A stretch of 64,000 nucleotides of DNA from Hyphochytrium catenoides (lineage: Eukaryota > Protista > Hyphochytriomycota). Under the pieces are notes generated by a model. The model saw only the letters and a list, made by a program, of their open reading frames with translations, ran no database searches and was not told the origin of the DNA. Position numbers and translations under genes: made by a program. This document shows positions 34,728-46,805 of the stretch, piece by piece. The stretch covers positions 1 to 64,000 of the forward strand of contig FLMG01002622.1 of NCBI GenBank assembly GCA_900088475.1, in the 5' to 3' direction. Numbering within the stretch: the stretch's first letter is position 1; the number at the start of each line of letters is the position of its first letter.

Positions 34728-37475
34728 AAAACTGCGCTGCCTTTTGCTAGAACCTTCTTGTCCGCTGCATGGGACGTAGTGCTCGCCCTCCAGCCGAGAG
34801 GCAACCTTATTCTTCTTGACTAGTCCACCATCACTTTTCTTATAGTTAGTAGATCGTACGTCCAGAGTCAGCGGCGAAGACTCATTCCCTATGTAGCTAC
34901 TGTCTTCATGGCGAACGTTGCCATCTGTTCCCGATGCTGTCATTCCTTCCGTTCTGTTAAGATCAAGGGAGAAAGAGAGACGCTGGTGGTCATCATCAAC
35001 CTAAGACCTGCAGCCAATAGGTGGCGGTTGGACAAGATGTTCCGCTCTATAGCTCAGTAGGCCCTCGTCGTAGCGGTAAAGCAGCTCTTAGTGCATGATA
35101 AACCAGCGCTTGTGATCCCTGTTCACTGCTTGCCTTCAAAAATTTCTCTCTCTTTTGCCTCTTCTCCTCTCATTTCCCTCCTGTTCCCTTCTTATCGACT
35201 ATGTCGAGCTCTCTCCTCCTTTGTCCAATGCTACTTCTGGGGATACGAGGACCACTACAAAGCTGGTAGGTAATGTTTAGCGTGCTGTCCTTCAAGACGC
35301 TTCTCTTCCATTAAAGAGGAGCTTCACCTTTCTCCGGACAGGCATTCAACGTCTCAACGACAAGCAAGCGAATGTCTGTGGAGTCTCCAGCTCTTGATGA
35401 AGGCAGCTTTTCTTCTCCGAGCGTCATCCTACATGAGGACACGAACGAAGCAGCGTCAGCTCAGATGTTAGGGCCCTCACTTACTGAGATGCCAGCTGTT
35501 GAGTTGAAGTCTACGTGGCGCACACTACCGTCCTTGCTGATTAGCTATTTGTGTCGGTACCACGGTGACAGGAGATGGGCACGAGGAGGTCCGTATCATT
35601 GATCGTTGTGCAAGGATAGCGGCCTGGTTAGGTCGTAGTAGATACCACTTTGCGAAGAGAAAAGAGAAGCAGAAGACAGATTCTCCAAACATTGAGAAGC
35701 TGTATAGATCTCTGCTTATCAACATGGAAGTCTACAGGGCCACATATTCTGCTCTAAAGGTGTCTGCGAAGATGTGTTAATGACAGAAAGGAAGGAATGA
35801 GGAATCGGCGGCGCTATAGTCCGTCGCCCTCGGAACTCAAGGCCCTCGTGCTGGCTGCTACGGCCCTGGTTGATGAAGATAGTGCTTATATTATGCATCA
35901 GCTTCGTCTGACAGCCTCTTCTGACAGTGAACGAAGACATATCGCGATGCAAGGGCAGCATATACTTCTTCATTCCGGGTCCCGTATAGCTTCTCATCCA
36001 AGACCTCGGGACACTTCTGATGTGAGAGCATTCACCTCCTTGTGATGCCCTTTGCTTGCCTGATGAAGTCGGAGTGAATGGAGGCGGAGGACATGTAGGA
36101 GCTTGCTGCTCTCCACCATCCGTCTGTGTGCCTAGGTTTGCATACAGGTTCCCATTACCCAGCTGCGCTGAAACGCTTCCTTGCATTCTGCATGTTAGAA
36201 CCGCCGTCTCTATCGCGGTGTCCTTGTTGAAGGTTGCCCTTCAGAGGTACAAAGTGCAAGGACGCTTTTCAGTTTGTCCGAGGGCAGTCAGTCTCTATGA
36301 TTGCCGTCCATACCGTCGCCTCTGTCATTTTGTCAGCTGATTCGAAGGAAAAGCCTTGTCCTCCACATCAGACTCCTGAGGAGCTGGCCACGCAAGAAGA
36401 GCCTTTGCGATACTCTCGTTCCTCCTGTGATGATGTGATGATGATGATCTCCTTTGAGCCTTCCGCAATGGCAGGCTTTCTTCTTGTTCCTCTTCTTGTT
36501 TCCGCTTGAGGTAGGAAAAGAGGATGATGGCTGGCTGCGACGGTTTATCTCTAGAGCAGCTGCAAGCATCGATGTTCGTCAACCATGGCCTACCAAGGAC
36601 TGAACAACAAGAAGGCGGAAGCACAATGACCGGGATCAGAGACTGAGAGACGAAAGCAAAGCAGCGATGGATGGAACATTGGTCAGGTCTCAGTCCAAAA
36701 AACATTGGCCAGACCTCAGTTCCCACACACTCCCAACGTGTTGACCTGATGAAGGACGCCTCGGAATCAGGTTTCTTCTCCTCATCCTGCTTGAATTCCT
36801 ATCTTCCTCATTGCCAGCTGCTGCCTCTTCTACACCTGGGCGCCATCGACCGTGCTCCTCCGTCAACCATTTTGCCCAGGGCGTGGGACAGCTCAACACT
36901 ATGGCCACCAGAACCTGACCTTACTCCTAATAACTGGGGCTCCTCCGGTCTTGAAGACTACGTGGCTGGAGCTAAAGCGCCTCTCTTCTTTTGGACGCAA
37001 CAAGGATGGATAGGGAGGAAAGTTGGCTGTCCAACAATGCATTCGTTTACTAGCTGCAGCCACTCCCGCTTCTGCCTGTCCCCTTCTCTTTCTCCTTCCT
37101 TTCTTGCGTCTGACCGTCGTTGGGCGAGTGCTGTGCAATGTCCTCGCTGCGCTTGAGCAACCTACCTGCCTGTCTCTTTACTTATCAACTTCCCTCACAA
37201 GATCCATCTCCCATCCTCCTTTTATAAGAAGTACCTGACGCGCCGACAGTCTCGTGCAAAAGATCTCCTTTTCTTGCCTTTTTCTCAGCAGCATCGAAGA
37301 GCATCTCAAGCGTGTTACCATCAGCAGCAGACCAGTCAGCGCCTTCGTATTGGCAAAAGAGGAGACGAGGCATAGTCTCTGTACTTCTCCGGCTTAGACG
37401 AGCCTTTCGTCGTGTCCGGAAAAGTAGCAGCGGTTGGCTCAACAACCAGCAGACTATCAGGCAGTGCGGACCGTC

Positions 37476-38303
37476 ATGGACACCTTCTATGATAATGATT
37501 CCTTTACTCGCGAGGAGACGGTCGGGATAGCAATAGGTTTTTCGCTGATCCTAGTATTGCCCTTCCTAATCGTGGCTTCTGGAATGCTAGGGGATTGGTC
37601 TGTGGACAAGCCCAAGAGGGCCATGGGCGGCGCGGGCTTTTTCTGTGGCTTCCTGCTGGCAGTGGGAGCCTTCTCTTTGTTAGTAAGCACAGGATCTATC
37701 ACACTTTCCTCCTCCATTGGTACGGCTCTTGGCGAGCTTGTCGTGCTCTATCTTATAGGAGCTGTACTAGCGGCTATAGCAGCAAGTAGCCCAAAGAGCG
37801 GACTGACAGCGACGATACTCTGTGCAGGACCAATGTTTCTTGTCGGCAACGTTACGCTCCTCGTGCTCCTCGTTGTTAGCTTAGGTCTACATGAGGATGA
37901 TAGGGATTCCTTAGTAAGCGCAGGAGGAACGTATGGGTTGTTGGCGGTCTCGCTCTCAGCCTTAGGTTTCGGCTTTATGAGGTCCAGAGCATTCTCCAGC
38001 AGCGACCAGCAGCTGCTGCAGGGCACAAGTCACTTCGTCTCATGTGTGTGCTGTTGGGGTGCGCTGGCCCTGTTGATGGGCCTGGCGGCTATGATGCAGC
38101 TGATCATCGCGGCAGCCTCTCTTTCTTTGGCACTGACAGCCGTTCTCCTGGTCCTCACCATCCTAATCACTGCTACGGTTGGTCGCCATGCGTACGTCAT
38201 TCAGGCCCAAAGGCTTAACGCAATCCCCCAGTGGAGCGAGGCTGAAGAAGCTCCTATGCCAACGGATATCGTGTATGTAGAGACTCAAAGAAGCCGCGTT
38301 TAG
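37476..38303 (+). CDS. Intronless 7-TM membrane protein, paralogue 2
   Basis: ATG at 37476 (MDTFYDND); motifs WSVDKP, GAGFFCGFLLA, TILCAGP, LQGTSHFVSCVCCWGAL, LNAIPQW, TDIVYVETQ. Confidence 0.88.
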   Translation: MDTFYDNDSFTREETVGIAIGFSLILVLPFLIVASGMLGDWSVDKPKRAMGGAGFFCGFLLAVGAFSLLVSTGSITLSSSIGTALGELVVLYLIGAVLAAIAASSPKSGLTATILCAGPMFLVGNVTLLVLLVVSLGLHEDDRDSLVSAGGTYGLLAVSLSALGFGFMRSRAFSSSDQQLLQGTSHFVSCVCCWGALALLMGLAAMMQLIIAAASLSLALTAVLLVLTILITATVGRHAYVIQAQRLNAIPQWSEAEEAPMPTDIVYVETQRSRV

Positions 38304-40699
38304 CTGCTGGCGTACCGGCCAGCCCACGATAACAGAGGAGAAACTTCAAGACAGGGCACGGGAAGGTTGATGGACAAAGAGCAGCAGTGCATAAGCCATC
38401 TACCCCGACAATCTACGTTGGCCCCATTACTTCTTTCATAAAATCAGAGATTGGACACCTCGTTCACCTCTTCTTCGGCAGTATGGGAGAAGGATGTACG
38501 GAGCAGACGGGCATAGCGTGCTACTCTTCTCAACCAGAGTGTTCCTCTGTCATCAGTCACCAGTTCGGAGAAGAGTGCCTCTTAAAGTCTTCTTTATAAC
38601 TGTCTGCCGCCAGACCTTAGGCTCATTAGTTAGGTAAGGGAATAATAAGACGCATGCTATTGGCATTCAAAAGAGTAGACCTCTCCGACAGAGATAGACC
38701 TCTCACAACAGTTGTAAAGAGACAGCACTTATTAAGCCACAGCTTACTGCCGCAAGGAGAGTTATAGATGTGTGTCACTTCCCTGGTAGATCTCCTTCCA
38801 TCATCTCTACGGATCACTGCTGGGATCGGCGTCAATCAATGGCTCTCAGGGAGGAGGAGGCTTCTCCTTCTCTCTCCCATCTTCTCTCGTTCTCGACCCA
38901 GCTAGATCGCCATTGCTATTGAAACTTTCTTCTACTAATGCATTCAGTCGTCTTCTGATCCATTCAGTCGTTGACTACTTCTTAAAAAATCTCTTACTAA
39001 GATCCCTTACCACGAGTGTCTTCCTTCCTTGCTTGTCTGACCTGATGAGGCTTGGGCCCAGAGCTCATTAGCACACTTTTATAACTCTGTCTTCTTCTAT
39101 AACCCAGAAGAGCAGAAAGGTAAGAGGCTCCTCTGACTGGGGATGTCCCTTTCACTCCTGGCCTTGTTCGCTATTAGCCGAAGGGATATGTACCGCCCCT
39201 TGAAAGAAGATGCTAAGACCTAAGAAAGCCTTCACAAGCAAGGCGTCTCGTGATCGACCAAGAAGTGGTGCGGTGGACTTAACCGACTAAGGCGTAGCAG
39301 CACTGGCTTTGCCATTGCTGATGAGAAGAAGGCTGATACTAGCTTTCCCTTAATAGAGTGATGTCACGTCAATGATGACTGCCTCTCGTCAGTCACGAGT
39401 AAGCGAGTCAACAACAGACGGTGTCTCCCTCTCCTTTCTCTCACCTGTTCCCCTATTTCCTGCTTGTTCTCTCTCGTCATCACACAGACACAATCTAGGC
39501 CTCAGCTATGAAGAACGAGGGCAAGGTATGCTAGTCGTATCGCGCCTTATGGTGGCTTCACTTCTTTTTATTGGCTTATTAGCAGTGGTGGCTTACTCTG
39601 AGTAGCCGCATATCCTCAACAAAAAGGTCAGCAGCCATCCGCTGATCAGCAGACGTGTTTTCCTCCGCAGGGACAACAAGGAATCGGCAATTAAGCAGCC
39701 CATTTTGGGACCTGTACATGGATGAAAGGATGTTCAGCGACGAGAAGTTGGTGAGACGCCCTCTCTGGCAGGATATCAAGGATGAGAATAACGACGGAGA
39801 TGACAGCGACGAAGTGGTGGTGATCAGGCCTGACCAAAGAAAACCCACCTAGTAAGAAGTTGGGTTGATCGAGATCGTCTTCTGTGCTTCACCTTTGGTG
39901 GCCCAATCGCCTCCTCCCAGAAGCCTTTCACCTTTGGTGGCCCAATCGCCTCCTCCTCAGGACAGGCTTCTGGGAGGTCGAGCTGCCTGAAAGGCGATGA
40001 TAGCAATGGGCCAGTCACTTAACTAGGTAAGCCGATCAAGCGGGTGCGACGACTGAACTATCTCATCGACGAGCGAATGAGACCAAAGGGACCAATCCCT
40101 TGCTACGAATTCTTCGTAGAGAACTTCGTGCTTCAAAGCGTCATGTTATAGAGCGGCAAATTGTGTGCTGCCACCACCGGGTTCAGATGTTGAGTCTGGA
40201 TAATAAAGAACTGAAGTTGACTAGTATCAGCTGGTGCTGGGAACACGGGACCGTTGCCTGCCCATCTTGCACCGACTAAGTGGTCAGCCGTGATAAAAAT
40301 CTGACTTTGACACTGAACGCAGAGGTAGCTCTATCATTGTATGAAAGACGGCAGCGAACGGCACCATAGAAGAAGAAGGAGTGCATGCGATCAGGCAAAG
40401 ACGGAAGCCTGCTGCCATACAGTTGTCTTGAGCTGTGCTTGCAACACTAAGAGCATCATCACATCCCGCTGCTGCGCCGAAAACCTTCTTGCAGGACGAT
40501 CTCGTCCCCAACGCTGCCTTTTTGAGGTTAACCTCGGGGACCTACGATCGACTTCCTTGCTTAGGGTTGATGGAGATGACGTAGAGGAGAACAGAAAGAA
40601 AGCGCAGATGCTGGGCAAAGAGCCAAGAGATGGAGAGTGAGAGGGAAGAGCAGCGCATACTTGGCCTGTTGTGGTGCTTGCGCTTAGGTTGGGCCAGTA

Positions 40700-41020
40700 A
40701 AGGGTTGTGCCACTTTTTGCCCTACTACAGTTATGCCCACTCCTAACATAATGCTCTACGAGTAAGTTGGGTGGGAATCCAGCGTGCCTGACCCCTCCAG
40801 CTATGAAGAGTTGAAAGATCACACTACTGTATCCTGTGCTAATGTCCTTCACCATTTTCAACATAACTCCTTGACGGCTGGGAGTTAGAAGGTGCCCTTG
40901 AAATATGTTGCCTCTGAACTCTATGGCTAGCAGAACTCAAGACGGTTTGTCCATGGGGTGGCGTGGGAACAGACGCCACTTGTTCTTGCTTAGGTTGGGC
41001 AAAACAGTGGCACAACCCTT
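40700..41020. mobile_element. Putative MITE with ~24-bp terminal inverted repeats and TA flanks
   Basis: TA|AAGGGTTGTGCCACTTTTTGCCC ... GGGCAAAACAGTGGCACAACCCTT(T)|TA; non-coding; both halves recur at 60911-61273. Confidence 0.8.
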
Positions 41021-42118
41021 TTAGTTGTGCCACAAGATGGCCAATACACTGCAGACTCCGCTCTAAGAATTATAACGCCTTACCACAAGAAAGACAGGAC
41101 TTTTGTTTCCCCCTAAGAAACTAGGAATAACCCTCTCCCCCCCTCCAGCCCCGCCGAATAGAGGTAATAAGGCCTAGGAAACTAAAAAGAAATGATTTCA
41201 ATAATGGAGGTTTGGACTTTGGACAGCATAATTATTCGGGGTAGAAAAATCTATTGGATTGCTTTATCTATTGGATTGCTTTATTGGTTGTTATTTTTAT
41301 GAATAGATCTACCAATTACATCCCACCATTTATGTCCCGGAGTGTGCTACAGTATAATAAAAGTAAAACGGTTTATACCCTACAGTACCAGTTTATGCTT
41401 TGAGGCGTTTTGGTCGTAGGAATAAAAGCCCTTATTATTATTAGCAGATAAGACCTGTTCTTTATAAAATTGATAATAAAGGGCACATCAACTGCAAAAA
41501 GAAGGAATAACTGTTAGACTTCTCTCTATCAATTATAATGCCTTGGCCGACACGGTCACTATGGCTTGGTAGCGATGATGCCGACGGCGCTGTATCATCA
41601 GACGGCGCTGTATTATCAGGGGAAGGACACCGTGGACAGTGAGGTCACAGGATTTGGCCAGCGCCTAAGCTGGCTTGCTGACGAGCTGGTAAGCTAGTGA
41701 GTAGCAGGACTGAGAGTCGGACTGCTAGAGCAGCAGGGACGGCAGGAGTTGAGCTGGGTAACCAGCCCACTGGCAGCAGCTTGTCCGCCTGCTGTCTCCT
41801 CTTCTATCTTCTCTTTTCTTCTCCTGATGCCATGGCTTGGTCGATGGGTCGATCAATACACAGGAGGCCTGGCTTCTCTTTCGAGTGTCAGAGCTAGGAC
41901 CTTTCTGTCTCCTTATTTATCAACTTTCCTTACGAGAGCCAAAGCAATCATCCTTTGGCTGACCGCCGGCAGTCTAAGGGAACTCAAAAAGCACTCATAT
42001 TGGTGAAGAAGCAAAGAAGTCGGCTGTGCTGTGCGTCTCCGCACAAGGAGGAGGAAAGCCTTTCATACAGCAGAAGCAGTGGCCGTTTGCCGCGGAATCA
42101 AGAAGGCTCTGATCTATC

Positions 42119-42940
42119 ATGGATACCTATTATTATGACGATGAAGATTATTCTTCGTCTCTGAGAAGGACGGCCGTGATAGCAATAGTCATTATGCTGA
42201 TTCTGATCTCGCCCTTCCTGGCCGTGGCGGGTGGGATGCTAGGAAAGTGGTCAGTGGACAGGCCTCAGAGCGCCATGGGCGGCGCGGGATTTGTCTGTGG
42301 CTTCTTGCTGGCCGCTGGAGTCTTCTCTCTATTGCTAGGGACGGGAGCTATCGGATATTCCACTGGCACGGCTCTGGGCGTGCTTTTCATGCTCTACCTC
42401 ACTGGAGGTGTACTAGCGGCTATTGCCAAGAATAATCCAAGGAGCAGACTCACAGCGACAATACTCTGTGCCGGACCAATGTATATTATCGGCAACGTTG
42501 TACTTCTGCTGGTGCTACTCCTGCTTTGCTTTGTCGTAAATGAGGATTTTAGGGATGCCCTTCTGGTCGTAGTGGGAGTGACTGGCCCGTTGGTGGTCTT
42601 GCTCCTAACCTTAGGTTTCGGCTCTATAAAGTCCAGAGGATTCTCCGGCAGCGACCAGCAGCAGCTACAGGGCACACGTCACTTTGTCTTATGTGTGTGC
42701 TGTTGGGGTGGGCTGGCGCTAGTGATCGGCCTGGAGGCTATAGTACAGCTGATCGTCGCAGTTGCCTCTCCTGGCTTGGGGCTGTCAGTGGCCTTCTTCG
42801 TGTTCATCGTTCTCCTTTCCGCTTTGCTTGGCCGCCATACCTTTGTCACACAGACCCGAAGACTGAACTCCATTCCCCAGTGGACCGAGGCTGAAGTTGC
42901 TACGCCCACGGCTCTCGTGTATGTGGAGACTCAAAAGTAG
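42119..42940 (+). CDS. Intronless 7-TM membrane protein, paralogue 3
   Basis: 273-aa ORF (MDTYYYDDEDY...); motifs WSVDRP, GAGFVCGFLLA, TILCAGP, LQGTRHFVLCVCCWGGL, LNSIPQW, VYVETQK. Confidence 0.9.
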   Translation: MDTYYYDDEDYSSSLRRTAVIAIVIMLILISPFLAVAGGMLGKWSVDRPQSAMGGAGFVCGFLLAAGVFSLLLGTGAIGYSTGTALGVLFMLYLTGGVLAAIAKNNPRSRLTATILCAGPMYIIGNVVLLLVLLLLCFVVNEDFRDALLVVVGVTGPLVVLLLTLGFGSIKSRGFSGSDQQQLQGTRHFVLCVCCWGGLALVIGLEAIVQLIVAVASPGLGLSVAFFVFIVLLSALLGRHTFVTQTRRLNSIPQWTEAEVATPTALVYVETQK

Positions 42941-45018
42941 CCACTTTGAGCATAATAAGAGTGCAATAGGAAGCTGGTCCCGGATGATAGCAGAGAAGAA
43001 GCTTGACGAATGAAGGCAAGCTAGCCTTGTCTTACGAAGGGGGAGCCGCGCATAAAGGCGCTATGTTGCCCATTTACTGCTTTATAATATCCAATATAGA
43101 GAAGAGTTCTCGAGCCTCTTCCTTGCCGGTGTAGAAAGAGGAAGCGACGGTCGAAGAAGAAAAGACAATAGCGTGAGTGGCAGCCCAAGAAGATTGTCCG
43201 TTCACTATTGAGAGTAGCCTAAGCCTGGATGCCTTCTATTTCTCCAATGGAGGCGAAGAAGCATCCTTCCTAGCTTCATGAAAAACTAGTATGGGAGCGA
43301 GCGCTGAGGATGCCGTGTTCGTGTGCGACCTCTTATTGCCCTAGCTTTATGACGTTAAGCTGCTCTTCTCTTGTTTCTTACGGTCAGGACTTCATTATCT
43401 ACCTCGCTGCTATAGCAAACGTATGTCCAGGCTCTCAAGTATCGTCTGTCGACTTTTGACTACTCCAGTCTTTCATCAATCAACAAGCTGTCGGGGCACG
43501 ATCGAAGTCGACACGGCACCTCGGCGGCCCTCGTTGCTATGCAACATTCCCTAGTAGTACTTCAGTTAGTCCTCTTGTTCATAACGCATCTGCCACTGGT
43601 GACGTCGAGCTGTCATTAATACTGAAACGACTGTTCTTCGCAGCGGCTGAATTGGAGCAGCAGTAAGCTGTCTGTTGCAAGGAAGCGTTGCGCTACTACT
43701 GTTTGCCATCGGTCGAAGTCTAGAGCGTGTCTTCTCTGGACGAGAGCTAGGCTAATCAAAATGTAGAACGAAGGCTTATGAGAAGGAACTCGTGATCCTA
43801 CTTCTTGGTGACACTGCGTTCCGCCTGATAGCACATCCTGGCTGAGCAGCAGTCGGGGAACTAACATCCTGACTAACTAATGAAAGTAACGACACGTTAT
43901 GTGCAGCACCAGCGAAGGAGAGGACGTCTGCAAAGACTCACCTCAGAGGTACCCTAGACGCTTGTTTTTCACTTGCATCGAACCTATAAAGGGTAACATG
44001 ATGTCCAAAGGGAGGAAAGTATCAATGCAGAAGGAGCACGAAGATGGCTGTGAGCCAATGACAAGGCGCCGCTCAGATTTTGGTCAGGTCCTCAGTCCCA
44101 CATCCCACGCAATGGCCAGCTCTCCGTCCAAACTAAGGCCCAGTCTCAGTCCAATACAAGGCCAGTAATGAGCAGCACAAGACGCTTGCCAGGGGCGAAG
44201 CTCTAATAAAATGACAGACGGAGCACGAAGAGTTATACGTCCATCAGTTTCAAGCACAAGGCAAGGCCAAAATTTGATCGGTAAATTGTCAGGCCTTTGT
44301 GTCAAAGGAGCATTATCTATCGCATGTGTCCCCTTTCAGTCCCACCAGACAGGAAACCTTCAAGATACAGCTCCCAGACCACCGCAGACCATCGCTAGCA
44401 CCTTGCCTAGGAAGGGCAACCTCGTCGTCGTAGACTGACGGTGACTCGTTAACATTCTCTCTGTCTCTCGGTCCAAGCATCTTACTCGCCCGTCATGTTC
44501 ACCCGCAGCAGCAGGAGGTGGACAGGGCTACGAAGATTTGGTCTCAACCTCCTTCTTCCTTTTTTACGAAGGCTTATAAAGAGGCATTGCTCACCTGCTC
44601 ACAGAGTAGGGAGGCTAGGTAACCAAGTGCTATGCCAGGCCATAGCGGGGCTCTTCCATCCTTCATCCTCTCTTCTTCTTCTAGATAAACGATCAGTCCC
44701 TTGCTAGCTGCTCTTTCAGAGTCTGGAAGCTAGTTCCCGTCCGCCATTATTCATAAATAAACTTTCCTCGTCCTGTGAGAACCAACCCAGTATCTTCCTT
44801 CCCTACCCCGTGCGCGGTCTAGTGGAGCCCCTCTTCTGACTTCTCAGTGACAGCTGAGAATCTCCCAAGCATCGTATTGCACCCAGAGAGGAGCAGCGAA
44901 AGCATTATTGATTGTCGAACCCTACTGTCTCCTCTGCTTCTCCGTTCCAGAGAAGCTTTTCATCCAAGTAGTAAGCGTCGTCTGGCGAGCGCGATCAAGA
45001 AGTCTTTGCACCATCATC

Positions 45019-45828
45019 ATGGGTACATATGATGAAGATTATTCTTCTTCTGCGAGGGAGACGGCCGTGATAGCAATAGTGATAATGCTGATCCTGGTCT
45101 CGCCCTTCCTGGCCGTGGCTAGCGGGATGCTAGGAAATTGGTCTGTGGACAAGCCTCAGAGGGCCATGGGCGGTGCTGGCTTTGTCTGTGGCTTCTTGCT
45201 GGCCGGAGGAGTCTCCACTCTGTTGCTTAGCACAGGATGTATCACAGTTTCTACCGGTACGGCTCTGGCCATTCTTATCTTGGTATATCTCACTGGAGCT
45301 GTACTAGCAGCTATTGCCAAGAATAATCCAAGGAGCAGACTGACAGCAACGATACTCTGTGCAGGACCAACGTATCTTATTGGCAACGTTGTGCTCCTAG
45401 TGCTACTCCTTTGCTTCTTCCTAGTAGAAGATGATAGGGACGCCCTTCTAAATGCACTGGGAACATTTGGCGAGCTGGTGGTTCTGCTCTTAGCCTTAGC
45501 ATTCGGCTCTATGAGAGCCAAGGAGTTCTTCGACAGCGACCAGCAGCAGCAGCTACAAGGCACACGTCACTTCGTCTTATGTGTGTGCTGCTGGGGTGCC
45601 CTGTCACTGGTGATCGGCCTGACTGCTATCATTCAACTTATCCTCGCAGCATTCTCCTTTAACTTGGCGCTGTCTGCGCTCTTCCTGGTGCTCATCGTTC
45701 TGCTATCTGCCATGCTTGGCCGCCATACATTTATCACTCAAACCCGAAGACTGAAGTCCATTCCTCAGTGGAACGAACCTGAAGCTCCTGTGCCCACGGA
45801 TATCATATACGTCGAGACCCAAAAGTAG
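45019..45828 (+). CDS. Intronless 7-TM membrane protein, paralogue 4 (closest to paralogue 3)
   Basis: ATG at 45019 (MGTYDEDYSSS); shares long identical stretches with paralogue 3, e.g. AIAKNNPRSRLTATILCAGP. Confidence 0.9.
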   Translation: MGTYDEDYSSSARETAVIAIVIMLILVSPFLAVASGMLGNWSVDKPQRAMGGAGFVCGFLLAGGVSTLLLSTGCITVSTGTALAILILVYLTGAVLAAIAKNNPRSRLTATILCAGPTYLIGNVVLLVLLLCFFLVEDDRDALLNALGTFGELVVLLLALAFGSMRAKEFFDSDQQQQLQGTRHFVLCVCCWGALSLVIGLTAIIQLILAAFSFNLALSALFLVLIVLLSAMLGRHTFITQTRRLKSIPQWNEPEAPVPTDIIYVETQK

Positions 45829-46379
45829 CCAAGAAGGGTAGCAAATCTGTGGCATTAGGAGCAGTGGTGCTGCCGTTTGAGCGGCAGCAGTGGATCTGCC
45901 TGCTCCTCCGGCCAATCTGCGTAGAAGAGGATTGACGCTTGCCTGTTGATACATTTCTCTAAACAAGTTCCATATAGAAGACCATCGCTTTTCACTTTGT
46001 TATCGCCTCATAACAGTTCTCGTCGCTAGTGAAGTGACAGCGTCCGTCCCTAAGCAATTTTGTCGGGACGCCTCACCTCTGGACACGAAGAAGCATTCTT
46101 CCTGAACAAAAGCTTTGCGCCCTACCAGACCCTATAATCTCCCAGCGTGCTGGCACAGCGCTGTATCCGTCGTGTCGATGATGGTCCAGCAGAGCTTGAT
46201 AGTTCTTGGCGCTGAGAGAAATGATAGCTCTTACGCGCCTCCAGTCATGACTCATCTATAAGAGACTGATAATAGGCCTTCGTCTGACAGTCCCAGGGAG
46301 AGGTCTAGTAGTGGCAAGATGCAGATTGGCTCTGCTAACCCCACCATAAGGTAAGAAGACCAAGGACGGGTCTGGAAGG

Positions 46380-46805
46380 AGACTGAGAAAGTGTTTGTCT
46401 GATCTTGGCTGGCCAGGTCTCAGCTCAGACAAGCACCACGCAGAGGAAGACTTCAAGGGAGAACGCGCGTAAGTAAGAACGCTTTCTAGTTCAGAAAGAA
46501 GGTCTTTGATCGAATGATAGAGGGTAAGAAGAGAGTCTCCCTTGAGAGAAGAGTCAGTCTACCTGATAGTTCAAAGATAGAAGTCGTGACATGCAAGAGA
46601 AAGTGAATCAAGAGGCTATCCTAGGAACATGCAAAGAAGAAGAGAGCAGAAAGGGAACAGAAAGAGAAGAGCATTCTTCGTCAGAAGCCATCCATGGCCT
46701 ACTCTGATCAGGAGTACTCTCAAAGAGGAGAGGTCACATCGCATAATAAACCCGCCGATCCTTATCCAGCGGGCAATCAGATGGCTGGCAGTTGTTAGAG
46801 GAAGT
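46380..46805 (+). repeat. Dispersed diverged duplicate of ~62215-62605
   Basis: Collinear blocks such as CTTGGCTGGCCAGG.CTCAG.TCAGAC, GCAGAGGAAGACTTC, TAGAGGGTAAG..G.GAGTCTCCCTTG.GAGAAG and GAGTACTCTCAA...AGAGGAGAGG.CACATC occur in both loci. Confidence 0.8.

Noticed and set aside
35370-36500. Short ORF fragments in the spacer between paralogues 1 and 2
   Set aside because: Frames are broken and no family is recognisable.
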